Source of the DNA: an uncultured delta proteobacterium
GTDB lineage: Bacteria; Myxococcota_A; Polyangia; Haliangiales; Haliangiaceae
Assembly (NCBI GenBank): GCA_963848295.1
Contig: CAWKDB010000002.1
Span: forward strand, 160,001-224,000
Reading direction: 5' to 3'
Length of the DNA: 64,000 nt
The notes beneath the pieces were generated by a model, which was not told where the DNA came from, made no database searches, and worked only from the letters and a program-made list of their open reading frames with translations. Both the position numbers and the translations under genes were made by a program. Shown one piece after another: positions 10,086 through 22,667 of this stretch; the stretch's first letter is position 1, and every line of letters begins with the position of its first letter.

Positions 10086-11009
10086 GTGTCTGGATGGCAA
10101 GCGATCGTCGGCCAAGACCGCGTGATCGCGCTGTTGCGCGGCGCCATCGAGCGCGACCGCGTGCCGCACGCTTATCTATTTTCGGGCCCGGTCGGCGCGC
10201 CGCTGCTCGACACCGGGCTCGCCCTCGCCTGCGCGTTGAATTGCCTGACCTCGCCGGGCGAAGGCTGCACCGGCGCCGCAAGCGGCGGACCTTCGGCCCA
10301 GGGTGTCGGCCATCCTCATTCTTCGGACGGCCGAACGATCGATCAGCCTCAGGTCTGCGATGCCTGCTCGAAGATCATCGCGGGGATCCACCCCGATGTC
10401 GTGACGCTCGTGCGCGAAGGCGCCGCGCAGATCGTGCCGATCGAGAACGTGCGCAACCAGGTGATCGCGCGGATGGGCTTGCCGCCGCACGAGGCCGACA
10501 CCCGCGTGTTCATCATCGAAGAGGCGACCGCGCTGGCGCCCCCGGCGGCGAACGCGCTGCTGAAGACGCTCGAGGAGCCACCGAACCGGACGTTGTTCGT
10601 GTTGTGCACGACGTCGCCCGAGCAGCTGTTGCCGACGATCCGCAGCCGGTGTCAGCGCGTGCGCTTCGCGGCCGGGTCACCGATCGCGGATGCCGATCCG
10701 GCGCGCGCGGAACGGATCTCGGCGCTCGCCGACGAGCTCGCGAGCGTGGATGAAATCCGCGACCCGTGGTTGCCGGTGCGCGTCGCCGAAACCAAGGGCG
10801 ATGCCGCGCCGGTGCTGGTCGCGGCGGCGCAACGGCTTCACGCCAAGGCGATCGCGGCGGCGGCAGCCGGCCAGCTCGAGGTGGCGGCGCGAGCCTCGCG
10901 CCAGGCGCAGACCGTGCTGTCGTGGCACACCGCGATCGCGATCCACAACGCGAACCCGCAGCTCGCGATCGAAGCGGTGATCGCGCAGATCGCCGAGGAG
11001 CGCGCGTGA
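10086..11009 (+). CDS. holB: DNA polymerase III subunit delta' with an in-frame insertion in the Zn finger
   Basis: IVGQD, HAYLFSGP, C..C..I...HPDV, AANALLKTLEEPP, LLPTIRSRCQ; synteny with PSP1 and metG. Confidence 0.9.
   Translation: MSGWQAIVGQDRVIALLRGAIERDRVPHAYLFSGPVGAPLLDTGLALACALNCLTSPGEGCTGAASGGPSAQGVGHPHSSDGRTIDQPQVCDACSKIIAGIHPDVVTLVREGAAQIVPIENVRNQVIARMGLPPHEADTRVFIIEEATALAPPAANALLKTLEEPPNRTLFVLCTTSPEQLLPTIRSRCQRVRFAAGSPIADADPARAERISALADELASVDEIRDPWLPVRVAETKGDAAPVLVAAAQRLHAKAIAAAAAGQLEVAARASRQAQTVLSWHTAIAIHNANPQLAIEAVIAQIAEERA
10283..10358 (-). repeat. Inverted, diverged copy of the palindromic element inside holB
   Basis: Reverse complement GACCTGAGGCTGATCGATCGTTCGGCCGTCCGAAGAATGAGGATGGCCGACACCCTGGGCCGAAGGTC aligns with the 2447 unit. 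Confidence 0.85.
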
Positions 11010-12700
11010 CCGACAGCGACGCGCCAAGCGGCGGTGGTAGCCAGAACGCCGATGGCGGCGGCGGCGGTGGTGGACGACGGCGGAGACGCCGACGCGGTGG
11101 CGGCGGCGGTGCTGCGCGAGAAGACGGCCCGCCACACGGAACCGGTAACCGGCCACAGGCACCGAGCCATGCCCCGGCGGCCGCGCCGACGCCGGCGGCG
11201 GCGACCGCGTATGTCGAGCCCGACGATGCCGGCGGCGGCGACGACGAACAGGATCCGTCGCGCGACCCGTCGCGGGACGCCGAGGACACCGCCGGCGAGG
11301 ATCCGTCGCACGATCCGTCGCGCGAACCGCAAGAGCAGGCCCGCGCACCGCAAGGCAGCGCTCCACGCGGGCCACGCGATCAACAAGGCCGCGAGCAACG
11401 TTCGCGCGGCCAACGAGGTCGCGATCAGCGGCCACGCGATCAACAAGCTCGCGATCAGCGGCCACGCGACCAGCAAGCTCGCGATCAACGACCGCGCGAT
11501 CAGCAAGCTCGCGATCAGCGCGGCGCGCAAGCTCGCGATCAGCGTCCGCGTGATCCGCAAGGTCAGCAGCCGCGCGATCAGCCGCCGCGCGACCAGCCCG
11601 CAACCGCGAAGCCGAGCGAGGCCGGGCGCGAAGATGCGTATGCCGACGAAGCGCCGCTCGAGCCGGTCGAGGCGTGGGGCCAGGAGGACGACAGCCCGGC
11701 TCCGGCGATCGCGCTGACCCCCGATCTGCCGGCCGAGCCGCCCGCCGATGACCCCGACCCCTCGAGCTTTCCGCTCGTCGATGGCCCGGGCGCGACGCTC
11801 GGCGACGACGTCGCGAGTGTCGTCGCGGTCAAGTTGACGCCGGCGGGCCGCTTGCAATGGTGCGATGCGGGCGAAGCCGACTACGCGATCGGCGAGCGGG
11901 TGATCGTCGACTCCGAGCGCGGTCCGCGGACCGCGTGGATCGCCGGCGCGGCGTTGCGACGAGCGGTCCGCGATCGCGGGTTGCGCCGCGTGATCCGGCG
12001 CGCGAACGAGCAAGATCTGCGCGCCGAACGCGAAGACAGTGAAGGCGCGAGCACGCGCGCGCTGCGGATCGCGAAGGACAAGGCGGCCGCGCTCGAGCTG
12101 CCGCTCAAGGTGTTCCGGGTCGAAGCGCGCGGCGGCAAGCTCAACGTGTACTACACGACCGACGAGCAGCGGCTCGACGTTCGCGAGTTCGTCCAGGGCG
12201 TCGCGCTCGCGACCGGCACGCGGGTCGAGCTCCGCCAGATCGGCGCGCGCGATGAGGCCAAGCAGATCGGCGGCATCGGGTCGTGTGGGCTCACGCTGTG
12301 CTGCACGACGTGGCTGCCCGAGTTCGTGCCGGTGTCGATCAAGATGGCCAAAGATCAGGGCCTCGTGCTGTCGCCGACCAAGGTCGCCGGCCAGTGCGGT
12401 CGGCTCAAGTGCTGCCTGGTCTACGAGCAAGCCGGCTACGCCGAGATGCGCAAGGGCCTGCCGAAGCTCGGCAAGCGCGTGATCTCGGCGCGAGGTGAAG
12501 GCCGCGTCGTCGAGGTCGACGTGTTGCGCCAGCGCGTACGCGTGTCGTACGGCATGGGCGACACCGAGGTCTTGCCCGCGGCCGAGGTCAAGCCAATGTT
12601 CCCTGCCGCGAACGCACCGGGTGCGCCGCGCGAGCCCGATCTACATGACGCGCCGGACGCCGACGACGATCCCGGCGACCCCTCCCTGCCCTCGTCGTAA
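11006..12700 (+). CDS. PSP1 C-terminal domain protein (RicT/YaaT-like) with long disordered N-terminus
   Basis: RVELRQIGARDEAK, GGIGSCGLTLCC, SIKMAKDQGL, GQCGRLKCCLVYE; GTGA overlap with holB. Confidence 0.9.
   Translation: MTDSDAPSGGGSQNADGGGGGGGRRRRRRRGGGGGAAREDGPPHGTGNRPQAPSHAPAAAPTPAAATAYVEPDDAGGGDDEQDPSRDPSRDAEDTAGEDPSHDPSREPQEQARAPQGSAPRGPRDQQGREQRSRGQRGRDQRPRDQQARDQRPRDQQARDQRPRDQQARDQRGAQARDQRPRDPQGQQPRDQPPRDQPATAKPSEAGREDAYADEAPLEPVEAWGQEDDSPAPAIALTPDLPAEPPADDPDPSSFPLVDGPGATLGDDVASVVAVKLTPAGRLQWCDAGEADYAIGERVIVDSERGPRTAWIAGAALRRAVRDRGLRRVIRRANEQDLRAEREDSEGASTRALRIAKDKAAALELPLKVFRVEARGGKLNVYYTTDEQRLDVREFVQGVALATGTRVELRQIGARDEAKQIGGIGSCGLTLCCTTWLPEFVPVSIKMAKDQGLVLSPTKVAGQCGRLKCCLVYEQAGYAEMRKGLPKLGKRVISARGEGRVVEVDVLRQRVRVSYGMGDTEVLPAAEVKPMFPAANAPGAPREPDLHDAPDADDDPGDPSLPSS
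11374..11597 (+). repeat. Degenerate 15/30-bp coding repeat (RDQRP-RDQQA)n
   Basis: CGCGATCAGCGGCCACGCGATCAACAAGCT-like units. Confidence 0.85.
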
Positions 12701-12706
12701 CCAGCC

Positions 12707-14755
<2,049 letters not shown>

Positions 14756-14760
14756 CCGCG

Positions 14761-15186
14761 ATGAGCGCAACCGCCGATCATCGCCGCGCTCCGCGGCTCG
14801 TGGTCAACGCACCGGCCGTCGTCGAATCGATCGGCCAGCCGTCGATGGAGCTCCACCCGAACCTCGCCGCAGTGTTCCGGCGCGTCGATGCCGACAAGAC
14901 GTCGATCGGCAAGCGGTTCCCCGCGGTCGTCCGCGATCTCTCGACCAACGGCGCGTTCATCTCGTGCCCGCCGCTGCCGTTGCTCGCCCGCGTCGCGCTC
15001 AAGCTCGAGATCAAGGGCATCGGCTCGATCGACGCGGTCGGTTGGGTGTTGTGGCAACGCACCGAGGACTGCGAGGTCCCGGGCGCGACCGGCGCGCTGC
15101 CGAAAGGCTTCGGCGTCTTGTTCGAGGCGATTCCGCTAGACACGCGCTCTGCGATCGCGGCTCTCGTCGCGCGCAGCACGCTGTGA
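14761..15186 (+). CDS. PilZ domain protein
   Basis: RRAPR and DLSTNGAF (RxxxR and DxSxxG) motifs; GFGVLF. Confidence 0.8.
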   Translation: MSATADHRRAPRLVVNAPAVVESIGQPSMELHPNLAAVFRRVDADKTSIGKRFPAVVRDLSTNGAFISCPPLPLLARVALKLEIKGIGSIDAVGWVLWQRTEDCEVPGATGALPKGFGVLFEAIPLDTRSAIAALVARSTL

Positions 15187-15653
15187 CCGCCGTACGCAGC
15201 TTTGCGTTTCGGCCGCGCTATCGCGCGCTCGCGTGGGCTGCGGTTGGCGTCGGCGGTGCGCTGTCGGTCGCCAGCGCGGTCGCGCTCGCCGCGATGATTC
15301 CGATCGCGAGTGGTGTGCTCGGCGTCGGCCTCGGCGCCGCGTATCTGATGTCGCCGATGTGGCGGCTCGAGGTCGTGATCGACGACAGCGCGCTCGAGGT
15401 CCGATCGGCGAGAGGATCGAAGTTCCGCGTCCTGTGGCCCGATGTCGTCCGCGTCGTCGCGTCGCCGACGACGCACACGTGCTTCGTCGACGGTGGCACA
15501 CCCGAGTGCAGCCTGATCGTGCCTGGCGTCGGCGCACCGGCACCTTACGACCTCGCGGACAAGCAGGCGCTCTACGACGCGATCGTCGCGCACGTCGATC
15601 CGGCGAAGGTCGAGACCGTCGACACGCTCGACGCGGCGCGCGCCGCGACCTGA
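15183..15653 (+). CDS. Hypothetical membrane protein (2 TM plus small soluble domain)
   Basis: GTGA overlap with the PilZ gene; codon bias; two hydrophobic segments. Confidence 0.65.
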   Translation: MTAVRSFAFRPRYRALAWAAVGVGGALSVASAVALAAMIPIASGVLGVGLGAAYLMSPMWRLEVVIDDSALEVRSARGSKFRVLWPDVVRVVASPTTHTCFVDGGTPECSLIVPGVGAPAPYDLADKQALYDAIVAHVDPAKVETVDTLDAARAAT

Positions 15654-15798
15654 GATACCCGCGGCGCCACACGAGTCGCGATCCGCGCCACGAACCGGCA
15701 CTCCGGAGCGCGAACGCAGCCGCAGCTGCGACGAGCGCGCAACACGTGCGTGTTACAAACGCCGTCGGGGAAATTTCCATTTCAAGAGGGAGCACGCC

Positions 15799-16791
15799 AT
15801 GGGTTTGTTCGACAAGTTGAAGGGAATCAAGAACGCGGTGCAGAGCGCGACGCAGGCGCCGCCGCAGCAGCAGGCGCAGCCGGAGCAACACCAGCACCAG
15901 CAAGCACCGCAGCAGCAACAGTACGCCCAGGCGCAGCCCGAGCCCGAGCCGCAGCTCGACATCGCCGGCTTCGATCCCGACAACGACGAAGAGGCGTTCT
16001 TCAACGCCGTGCTCCACATGGAGTCCGAGGGTCAGTTCGGCGGCACCGACGAATCGCGCGCCGAGATCATGGCCCGCTACGGCATCCGCAACCGCAGCCA
16101 CTGGCAAGACGTCAAGGCCGCGGTCTATCACGTGCTCACGCACAAGTACGGCGACTTCAACGAAGTGACCCAGCGCGAGATGAACTGGCGCCAGGGCCAG
16201 ATGCAGCGCCACATGCAGGCGCAGACCCAAAAGGCCGCGGCCGGCGGCGCGTTCAAGCCGGTCGAGGGTGTCACGCTCGAAGCGTGGGCCGCGCTCAACG
16301 CCGCGATCGTCAGCGGCGGCAACGCCGAGGATCTGATCAAGGGCGCGGGCATCGACATGGCGCGCTGGCAGCGGGTGTCGGCGGAGTGGAACGCGGCGAT
16401 GGCGCGCGACACGACGTTCGCGATCACGACGGTCTACGGCAACGCGTTCCAGGCCGCGTCGCAGGGCAAGTACGGCAACTTCGCGCGTGAAGCGGCCGCC
16501 GCTCGCGCCGCGAATCGCGATCTCCAGCTCGAGGCGCCGATGCCGTACGAGAACTACTACCGGCTGATGCTCGAGCAGGCGTACGCCGCCAAGCAAGGCA
16601 AGGATCCGATCCAGTCGCTCAAGGACAGCGGGCTCACCGTCGTCGACTGGACCGACCTCGGCGCGTACTACGGCTACCTGTTCAACCGCGACGCCGGTCG
16701 CAATTGGGCAAAGTACCAGGCGATCCACGAGAAGCTCGACGCCGAGTACAAGGCGAAGAACCCCGGCGTCGACGTCGACATCTCGTTCTGA
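15799..16791 (+). CDS. Hypothetical protein with internal helical repeats (DUF6620-like)
   Basis: SD GAGGGAG; MGLFDKLK start; Gln-rich linker; PVEGVTLEAWA...GIDMARWQRVSAEW. Confidence 0.7.
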   Translation: MGLFDKLKGIKNAVQSATQAPPQQQAQPEQHQHQQAPQQQQYAQAQPEPEPQLDIAGFDPDNDEEAFFNAVLHMESEGQFGGTDESRAEIMARYGIRNRSHWQDVKAAVYHVLTHKYGDFNEVTQREMNWRQGQMQRHMQAQTQKAAAGGAFKPVEGVTLEAWAALNAAIVSGGNAEDLIKGAGIDMARWQRVSAEWNAAMARDTTFAITTVYGNAFQAASQGKYGNFAREAAAARAANRDLQLEAPMPYENYYRLMLEQAYAAKQGKDPIQSLKDSGLTVVDWTDLGAYYGYLFNRDAGRNWAKYQAIHEKLDAEYKAKNPGVDVDISF

Positions 16792-16792
16792 G

Positions 16793-17473
16793 ATGAGCGC
16801 GGTCGCCCGATGGGATGCGTTCTTGGCGCAGATCCAAGGGCGACACGAGCAAGCGCGCGCCGAGGCCGACGGCTCGGCGCGCCAGTTCATCGCGCAGGTC
16901 GCGGCGGGCGGTGACGTCCAGCCGCTGTCGCACCAGCTGATGGCGTTGAAGGGTCGGCTCCAGGATCTGGAGAAGATGATCATCGACACCTGGCACGCGA
17001 AGGTCGACGCGGCGTTCGAAGCCGACGGCCGCTCGAACGACGAGCGAGTCGCCGGCCAGGCGAAGGGCCGCGCGCTGCAACACGCGCTCGACGACGCCCG
17101 CGAAGAGCACGAGATCCGGCTCCTGGCCGAGCTCGCGCGCGCTCGGATCGCGCACGGCCAACCCGACGGTGCGAACCTCGCGAGCCACGCGGTTGCGCAA
17201 GAAGCGGCGACCTCGGAGTGGCGAGCGATGCGCGCGTCGCTGCGGGCGTTGAACGACATCCGGCCGCCGCGCACGCTCGCGCCGATCGTCGCGTACGAGC
17301 ACGCGCAGATCGCGTACTGGCGCAAGTACCTCTCTGTGCGCGCGCAGTACGAGCCGATCCTCGCGCGCGATCCGGCGCTCGAGGTCCGCGCGCGGATGGA
17401 GCAGTGGTACGTCTACACCGCCGAGCACGAGCCTGCGTGGGTCGCCGCCGGTCGACCGCGCACGCCGATCTAA
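16793..17473 (+). CDS. Hypothetical helical protein
   Basis: Starts 1 nt after the previous stop; strong codon bias. Confidence 0.7.
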   Translation: MSAVARWDAFLAQIQGRHEQARAEADGSARQFIAQVAAGGDVQPLSHQLMALKGRLQDLEKMIIDTWHAKVDAAFEADGRSNDERVAGQAKGRALQHALDDAREEHEIRLLAELARARIAHGQPDGANLASHAVAQEAATSEWRAMRASLRALNDIRPPRTLAPIVAYEHAQIAYWRKYLSVRAQYEPILARDPALEVRARMEQWYVYTAEHEPAWVAAGRPRTPI

Positions 17474-18570
17474 GGCGTCGGCGCAGGAGCGAACGTCTGC
17501 GGCGCCTCGTCAGGCTTGAGGCAGCGGCCGTTATCGATGATCGCTTCGATCGCCGGCGTTGCCTTGGCGTCCGGAACCATGGCGATCACGACGGCAGTCG
17601 CGGTCGGGCACGGCACGAGCTGGACGAACCCGGTCACCGAGTCGCCGCCGTTCTTGAGCGTCATCGGCGCGCGGCCGTGCGTCGCCGCGCCGACCGTCAT
17701 ATCGATGCCCTTCGCCTTCGCGAGCGTGGCGATGAACGAGACCACGTCGCGGTCGAGATCCGGCACCGCCTGCTGCAGGAGCAGGCTCGAGCTGCCGTCG
17801 GTGATCTGGGTCTGATCTGGCTCGGTCGCGATCGTATGCCAGCCGGGGACGTCGAGCACGAGCGGGAACGCGAGCGCCGCCGCGCTCGCCTCTTTCGAGG
17901 CATCGGGGTGACAGTGGAAGCTCGCGACGATCCGGCGATGCAGCTTGTCGACGCCGTCGCCGCCGCCGCCGGTCGCGATCGCGATGTGGCGCACGCCGCA
18001 CTTCTCCATCGAGACCTCGAACAAGCCTTTGTCGGTCGAGACCTCGACCGTGGGCACCCCGTCGACCGCGGTGACCGCGCCGGGCTTCGTTCCGCCGGCG
18101 GCGGCGCCGATCCCGATCGCGATCGTCTCGAGCTCGCCATCGGTGAACGCGCCGCCGGGCTCCCACTGGACCATCGCGACCGTCGTCGCACCGTTGATCG
18201 CGAGCTCGAGCTTGCCGGTAGGGTAGCCGCGATCCTCGGAGTGAATGTCTCCGCTCGGCAGATCGAGGGTAAACCCGGGGAACTGGTGCGTCGACAGCCG
18301 GCTCGATCCGAGCGGCGGCACCACCACGTACGACCCGGCGAGCCCGAGCCCGAGCCCGGCGAAGCCCGCGATGATCAACGGCGGGATCGACGGCCGGTCC
18401 TGGTTGCGAACCGCCAGGCGCCCGAGGACCGCGAGCGCCACGACCGCGACCGGGAAGCCATACCCGTCGCCCATCGCGGTGAGGCCGAGGATCGCGACGC
18501 GATAGATCGCGACGCCGACCGCGGCGCCCCAGCACGCGAAGGCCAACGCATACGCGGCGCGGTTCGACAT
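17470..18570 (-). CDS. Hypothetical membrane protein (3 TM plus extracytoplasmic domain)
   Basis: Start MSNRAAY with TATGGT 6 nt upstream; TM segments; paired Cys. Confidence 0.65.
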   Translation of the reverse strand: MSNRAAYALAFACWGAAVGVAIYRVAILGLTAMGDGYGFPVAVVALAVLGRLAVRNQDRPSIPPLIIAGFAGLGLGLAGSYVVVPPLGSSRLSTHQFPGFTLDLPSGDIHSEDRGYPTGKLELAINGATTVAMVQWEPGGAFTDGELETIAIGIGAAAGGTKPGAVTAVDGVPTVEVSTDKGLFEVSMEKCGVRHIAIATGGGGDGVDKLHRRIVASFHCHPDASKEASAAALAFPLVLDVPGWHTIATEPDQTQITDGSSSLLLQQAVPDLDRDVVSFIATLAKAKGIDMTVGAATHGRAPMTLKNGGDSVTGFVQLVPCPTATAVVIAMVPDAKATPAIEAIIDNGRCLKPDEAPQTFAPAPTP

Positions 18571-18602
18571 GGCGCGACCATACCCGGCTCGGCGGCGAAG
18601 CG

Positions 18603-19340
18603 TTAGCGCTTGTGCGGAGACGGCGTCGCGGCCTTCGCGGGCGCAGGGCAGTCGAGCACCGCGTGGCTGAGCCGGCCCTTGCTCGCCGGCGAAACGATGA
18701 TCGAGTACCGGAGCTTGGTCGGAGCCGGCGTGCAGAACGCGAGCTGCGGGTCGGGCATCGACGCGACCGCTCTGAGCTCTTTGCCGTCGGCGGCGTAGAG
18801 CTTGAGCCCGAGCTCGCCGTGACCCGAGCCACCGGCGGCGAGCACCTCGATGCAACCGGTCGCGTCGAACAGCGCGGTGACGTTCGCGCTGGTGTACTCC
18901 GAGGCCACCGGCTCGATCACCTTGCAGCCGGTCGACGTCAGTTGCTGCACGGCGAGATCGAGCCGACTCGACCCGGAGTCGCCGAAGCCGAGGCGCGCCG
19001 GCAGGTCGAACACGACGACCGCGATGATCGCGGGTGCGAGTAACATCGCGAACAGCGACGTGATCCGCCCCCAGCTGCGGGTCTTCTTCGCTTCCTTGCG
19101 GTCCTCGTGGCGTTCGCGCTGGGCCGCCGCCTGCGCCGCGACCTCGCGCTCGTGGGCGAGCCGTTGCTGCTCGGCGAGGCGAGCCTCGCGCTGTTGCTCG
19201 AGCAGCAGCTTGCGCCGGGCTTCGAGATCCGGCACCGGCTGCTCGTGGCCGCAATAGCCACAGCGCATCTTCAAGGCTTCGAGATCAACGGGCAGCGGGA
19301 TCGCGGCGTTGCACTCACCGCACCGCGTGGTCGAGGTCAT
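18603..19340 (-). CDS. Zn-ribbon / coiled-coil / TM hypothetical protein
   Basis: CGEC...CGYCG, coiled coil, TM, Cys-containing C-terminal domain. Confidence 0.7.
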   Translation of the reverse strand: MTSTTRCGECNAAIPLPVDLEALKMRCGYCGHEQPVPDLEARRKLLLEQQREARLAEQQRLAHEREVAAQAAAQRERHEDRKEAKKTRSWGRITSLFAMLLAPAIIAVVVFDLPARLGFGDSGSSRLDLAVQQLTSTGCKVIEPVASEYTSANVTALFDATGCIEVLAAGGSGHGELGLKLYAADGKELRAVASMPDPQLAFCTPAPTKLRYSIIVSPASKGRLSHAVLDCPAPAKAATPSPHKR

Positions 19341-19385
19341 CGCCGCGATGGTAACCGCGGCGAGCTCTGGTACGGTAGCCGCGCG

Positions 19386-20434
19386 ATGTCGTACCTGTTT
19401 CCAGCCTCGACGATCACGTTCGAAGCGGCGCTGCGCGACCTCGCGAGCGGCAGCCCCAAAGCGCGCGCCCTCGCCGCTCACGCGCTCGGCGACGTCACCG
19501 ATCCAGACTCGCGCCGCGGCGCGCGCTCGACGCGCTCATCCGCGCGCTCGACGACGACCGTCCCGAGGTTCGCGCCGAGGCTTGCTCGTCACTCGGCGAG
19601 CTCGGCGATGCCTCCGCGCTCGCTCCACTCGTCAAGCGCCTCGGAGACGGCGCCGCGCCGGTGCGCCAGAATGCGGCGATCGCACTCGGCACGCTGCGCT
19701 TGCCCGAGAGCTTCGAGCCCCTCGCCGACGCGCTGCGCGATGGCCCCGCCGATCTGCGGTTTCAAGCCGCGAGCTCGATCGCCGAGATCGATGCGACCCG
19801 CGCCTACGCCTTGCTCGTCGCCGCGCTCGGCGATCGCGATCCGCAGGTCGTCGGCGCCGCGGCGCTCGCGCTCGGTGCGATCGGCGATGCGCGTGCGCTC
19901 GAAGTCCTGGCTCCGCTCGCGGCGCATGCCGACGCCGGCGCCAGGTTCGACGTCGCCTATGCACTCGCCGAGCTGTCCGTGACCGGCGCTGCCGGTCCGG
20001 GGCAAGCCCGGCCCGTCGTCGTTGGCGCCGGCCGCGCCGTGCTCGTCGCCGCGCTGTCCGACGAGGATCGCGCGTGGGATGCGGTGACCGCGCTCGGCTG
20101 GCTCGGCGATCGCGAAGCCGCCGCCGCGCTCGGCGACGCGCTGACGAGCAAGCGCACGCCGCTCGAGGCGATCGTGCTCGCCGCCGGCACGCTGCTCGCC
20201 ACCGGCAACGCGAGCGAGGCCCATGACGCCGCCGCACGACGCGTGCTGATCGCGGCGTTGACCGCTCGCAAGATCCACGTGCGCGGGCTCGCGGTCGAGC
20301 AGCTCGCTGACGTCGGCGGTTCGTGGGCGCACGCGCCGCTCGACAAGCTCGCGCGCTCGGGCAAGGGCTCCGACTTCCTGACGCAGATCGCCGCGGCGCT
20401 CGAGAAGATCGCGAGCGCGCAGGCGGCGAAGTGA
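19386..20434 (+). CDS. HEAT/PBS-lyase repeat protein (frameshift near 19520)
   Basis: MSYLFP... joins LDDDRPEVRAEA, VRQNAAIALG and VVGAAALALG repeats across one frame change. Confidence 0.8.
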
Positions 20435-21223
20435 CCGCGACGTTGTTCGACTCGCACGCGCACGTCGACGGGCCGGAGTTCGACGCCGATCGCGACGCCG
20501 TGCTCGCCCGCGCTCGCGCCGCCGGCGTTCGCCGCATCGTCGTGATCGGCGCGGTCGGCGAGCCGTCGAGCGCCGAACGCGCGGTCGCGCTCGCCGAACG
20601 CGATCCGAACATCTGGGCGACCGTCGCCACCCACCCGCACGACGTCGACGAAGATGACGCCCGAGTGGTGGGCGGTGCACGAACGCCTCGCACCGCACCC
20701 GCGCGTCGTCGCGATCGGCGAGACCGGGCTCGACTATTACTACGACCACTCGCCGCGCCAGGCGCAGCAAGAGGCGTTCGTCCGGTTCATCGAGCTCGCC
20801 CGCACGGTCGGCAAGCCGGTCGTCTGCCATATCCGGGACGCGCACGACGGACGCGCTCGCGATCCTGCGCGACCACCGCGCGGCCGAGCTCGGCTGCGTC
20901 ATCCACTGCTTCACCGGCACGCCGGACGACGCGCGCGCCTACGCCGAGCTCGGCTGCTACGTGTCGTTCAGCGGCATCGTCACGTACAAGACCGCCCAGC
21001 CCCTCCGCGACGCGGTCGCGCTCGTGCCTCGCGACCGCCTGCTGGTCGAGACCGATTGCCCGTACCTCGCCCCGGTCCCGGTCCGCGGGCAGGCGCAACG
21101 AGCCGGCGTACGTCGTCCACACCGCCGAGGTCGTCGCGCGCTGCGCCGGCATGAGCTTTCGAGGAGTTAGCCGCGGTCACGACCGAGAACGCGCATCGCA
21201 TCTATCGCCTGCCGGCAGCGTGA
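20431..21223 (+). CDS. tatD: TatD family hydrolase (about 4 frameshifts in this sequence)
   Basis: DSHAH, HPH, AIGETGLDYYY, HIRDAH, IHCFTG, SFSGIVT, LVETDCPYLAP and RNEPAYV lie in different frames. Confidence 0.88.
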
Positions 21224-21231
21224 CCTGCGGC

Positions 21232-21260
21232 TTGACGGTTCCGCCGCACGCGGGTATAGA
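21232..21260 (+). promoter_or_regulatory. Sigma70-like promoter of rplC
   Basis: TTGACG-N17-TATAGA upstream of a GGAG SD and the rplC ATG. Confidence 0.65.
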
Positions 21261-21288
21261 TTGCCGCCTCGTTTCGGAGAATTAGACG

Positions 21289-22038
<750 letters not shown>

Positions 22039-22059
22039 TCCCGGCGCGCGTTCAAGGCG

Positions 22060-22667
22060 TTGTCACGCAACAAGCTCGACGATCGCTCCAACCGGCGCGA
22101 TCGCGTTTCATCGCAAGGCAAGCGCGAGGGCTTCCTCGCGCGCGCGGTGTACAAGCTCGCCGAGCTCGACGACAAGCATGCGATCTTCAAGCCTGGACAG
22201 CGCGTCCTCGATCTCGGCTGCTCGCCGGGCTCGTGGCTGCAATACGCGCGCAGCAAGGTCGGCCCGACCGGCATCCTCGTCGGGCTCGATCGCGGGCCGT
22301 TGCGCGCTGAGACCAGCGGCGCGCGGATCGAGGTCGGCGACGTGATGACGATCGATCCAGCGGTGCTCAAGGGCGACCTGAGCGGCGTTCGACGTCGTGC
22401 TGTCGGACATGGCACCCGACACGACCGGGATTCGCAGCCTCGACCAGGCGCGGAGCGAAGCGCTGTTCGAGCGCGCACTCGAGCTCGCGACGCTGATGCT
22501 CGCGCCCGGCGGCAACTTCGTCGGCAAGCTGTTCCAAGGCCCGGACTTCAAGCGGCTGATCGAAGCGGTGCGCGCGAGGTTCGAGGTCGGCAAGAGCGCG
22601 AAGCCCGAGTCGAGCCGTCAGATCTCGATCGAGCAGTACGTGATCGGTAAGGGCGAAGAAGCGATGA
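22060..22667 (+). CDS. rlmE: 23S rRNA 2'-O-methyltransferase RlmE/FtsJ (frameshifted)
   Basis: [55 protein letters not shown]. Confidence 0.9.
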
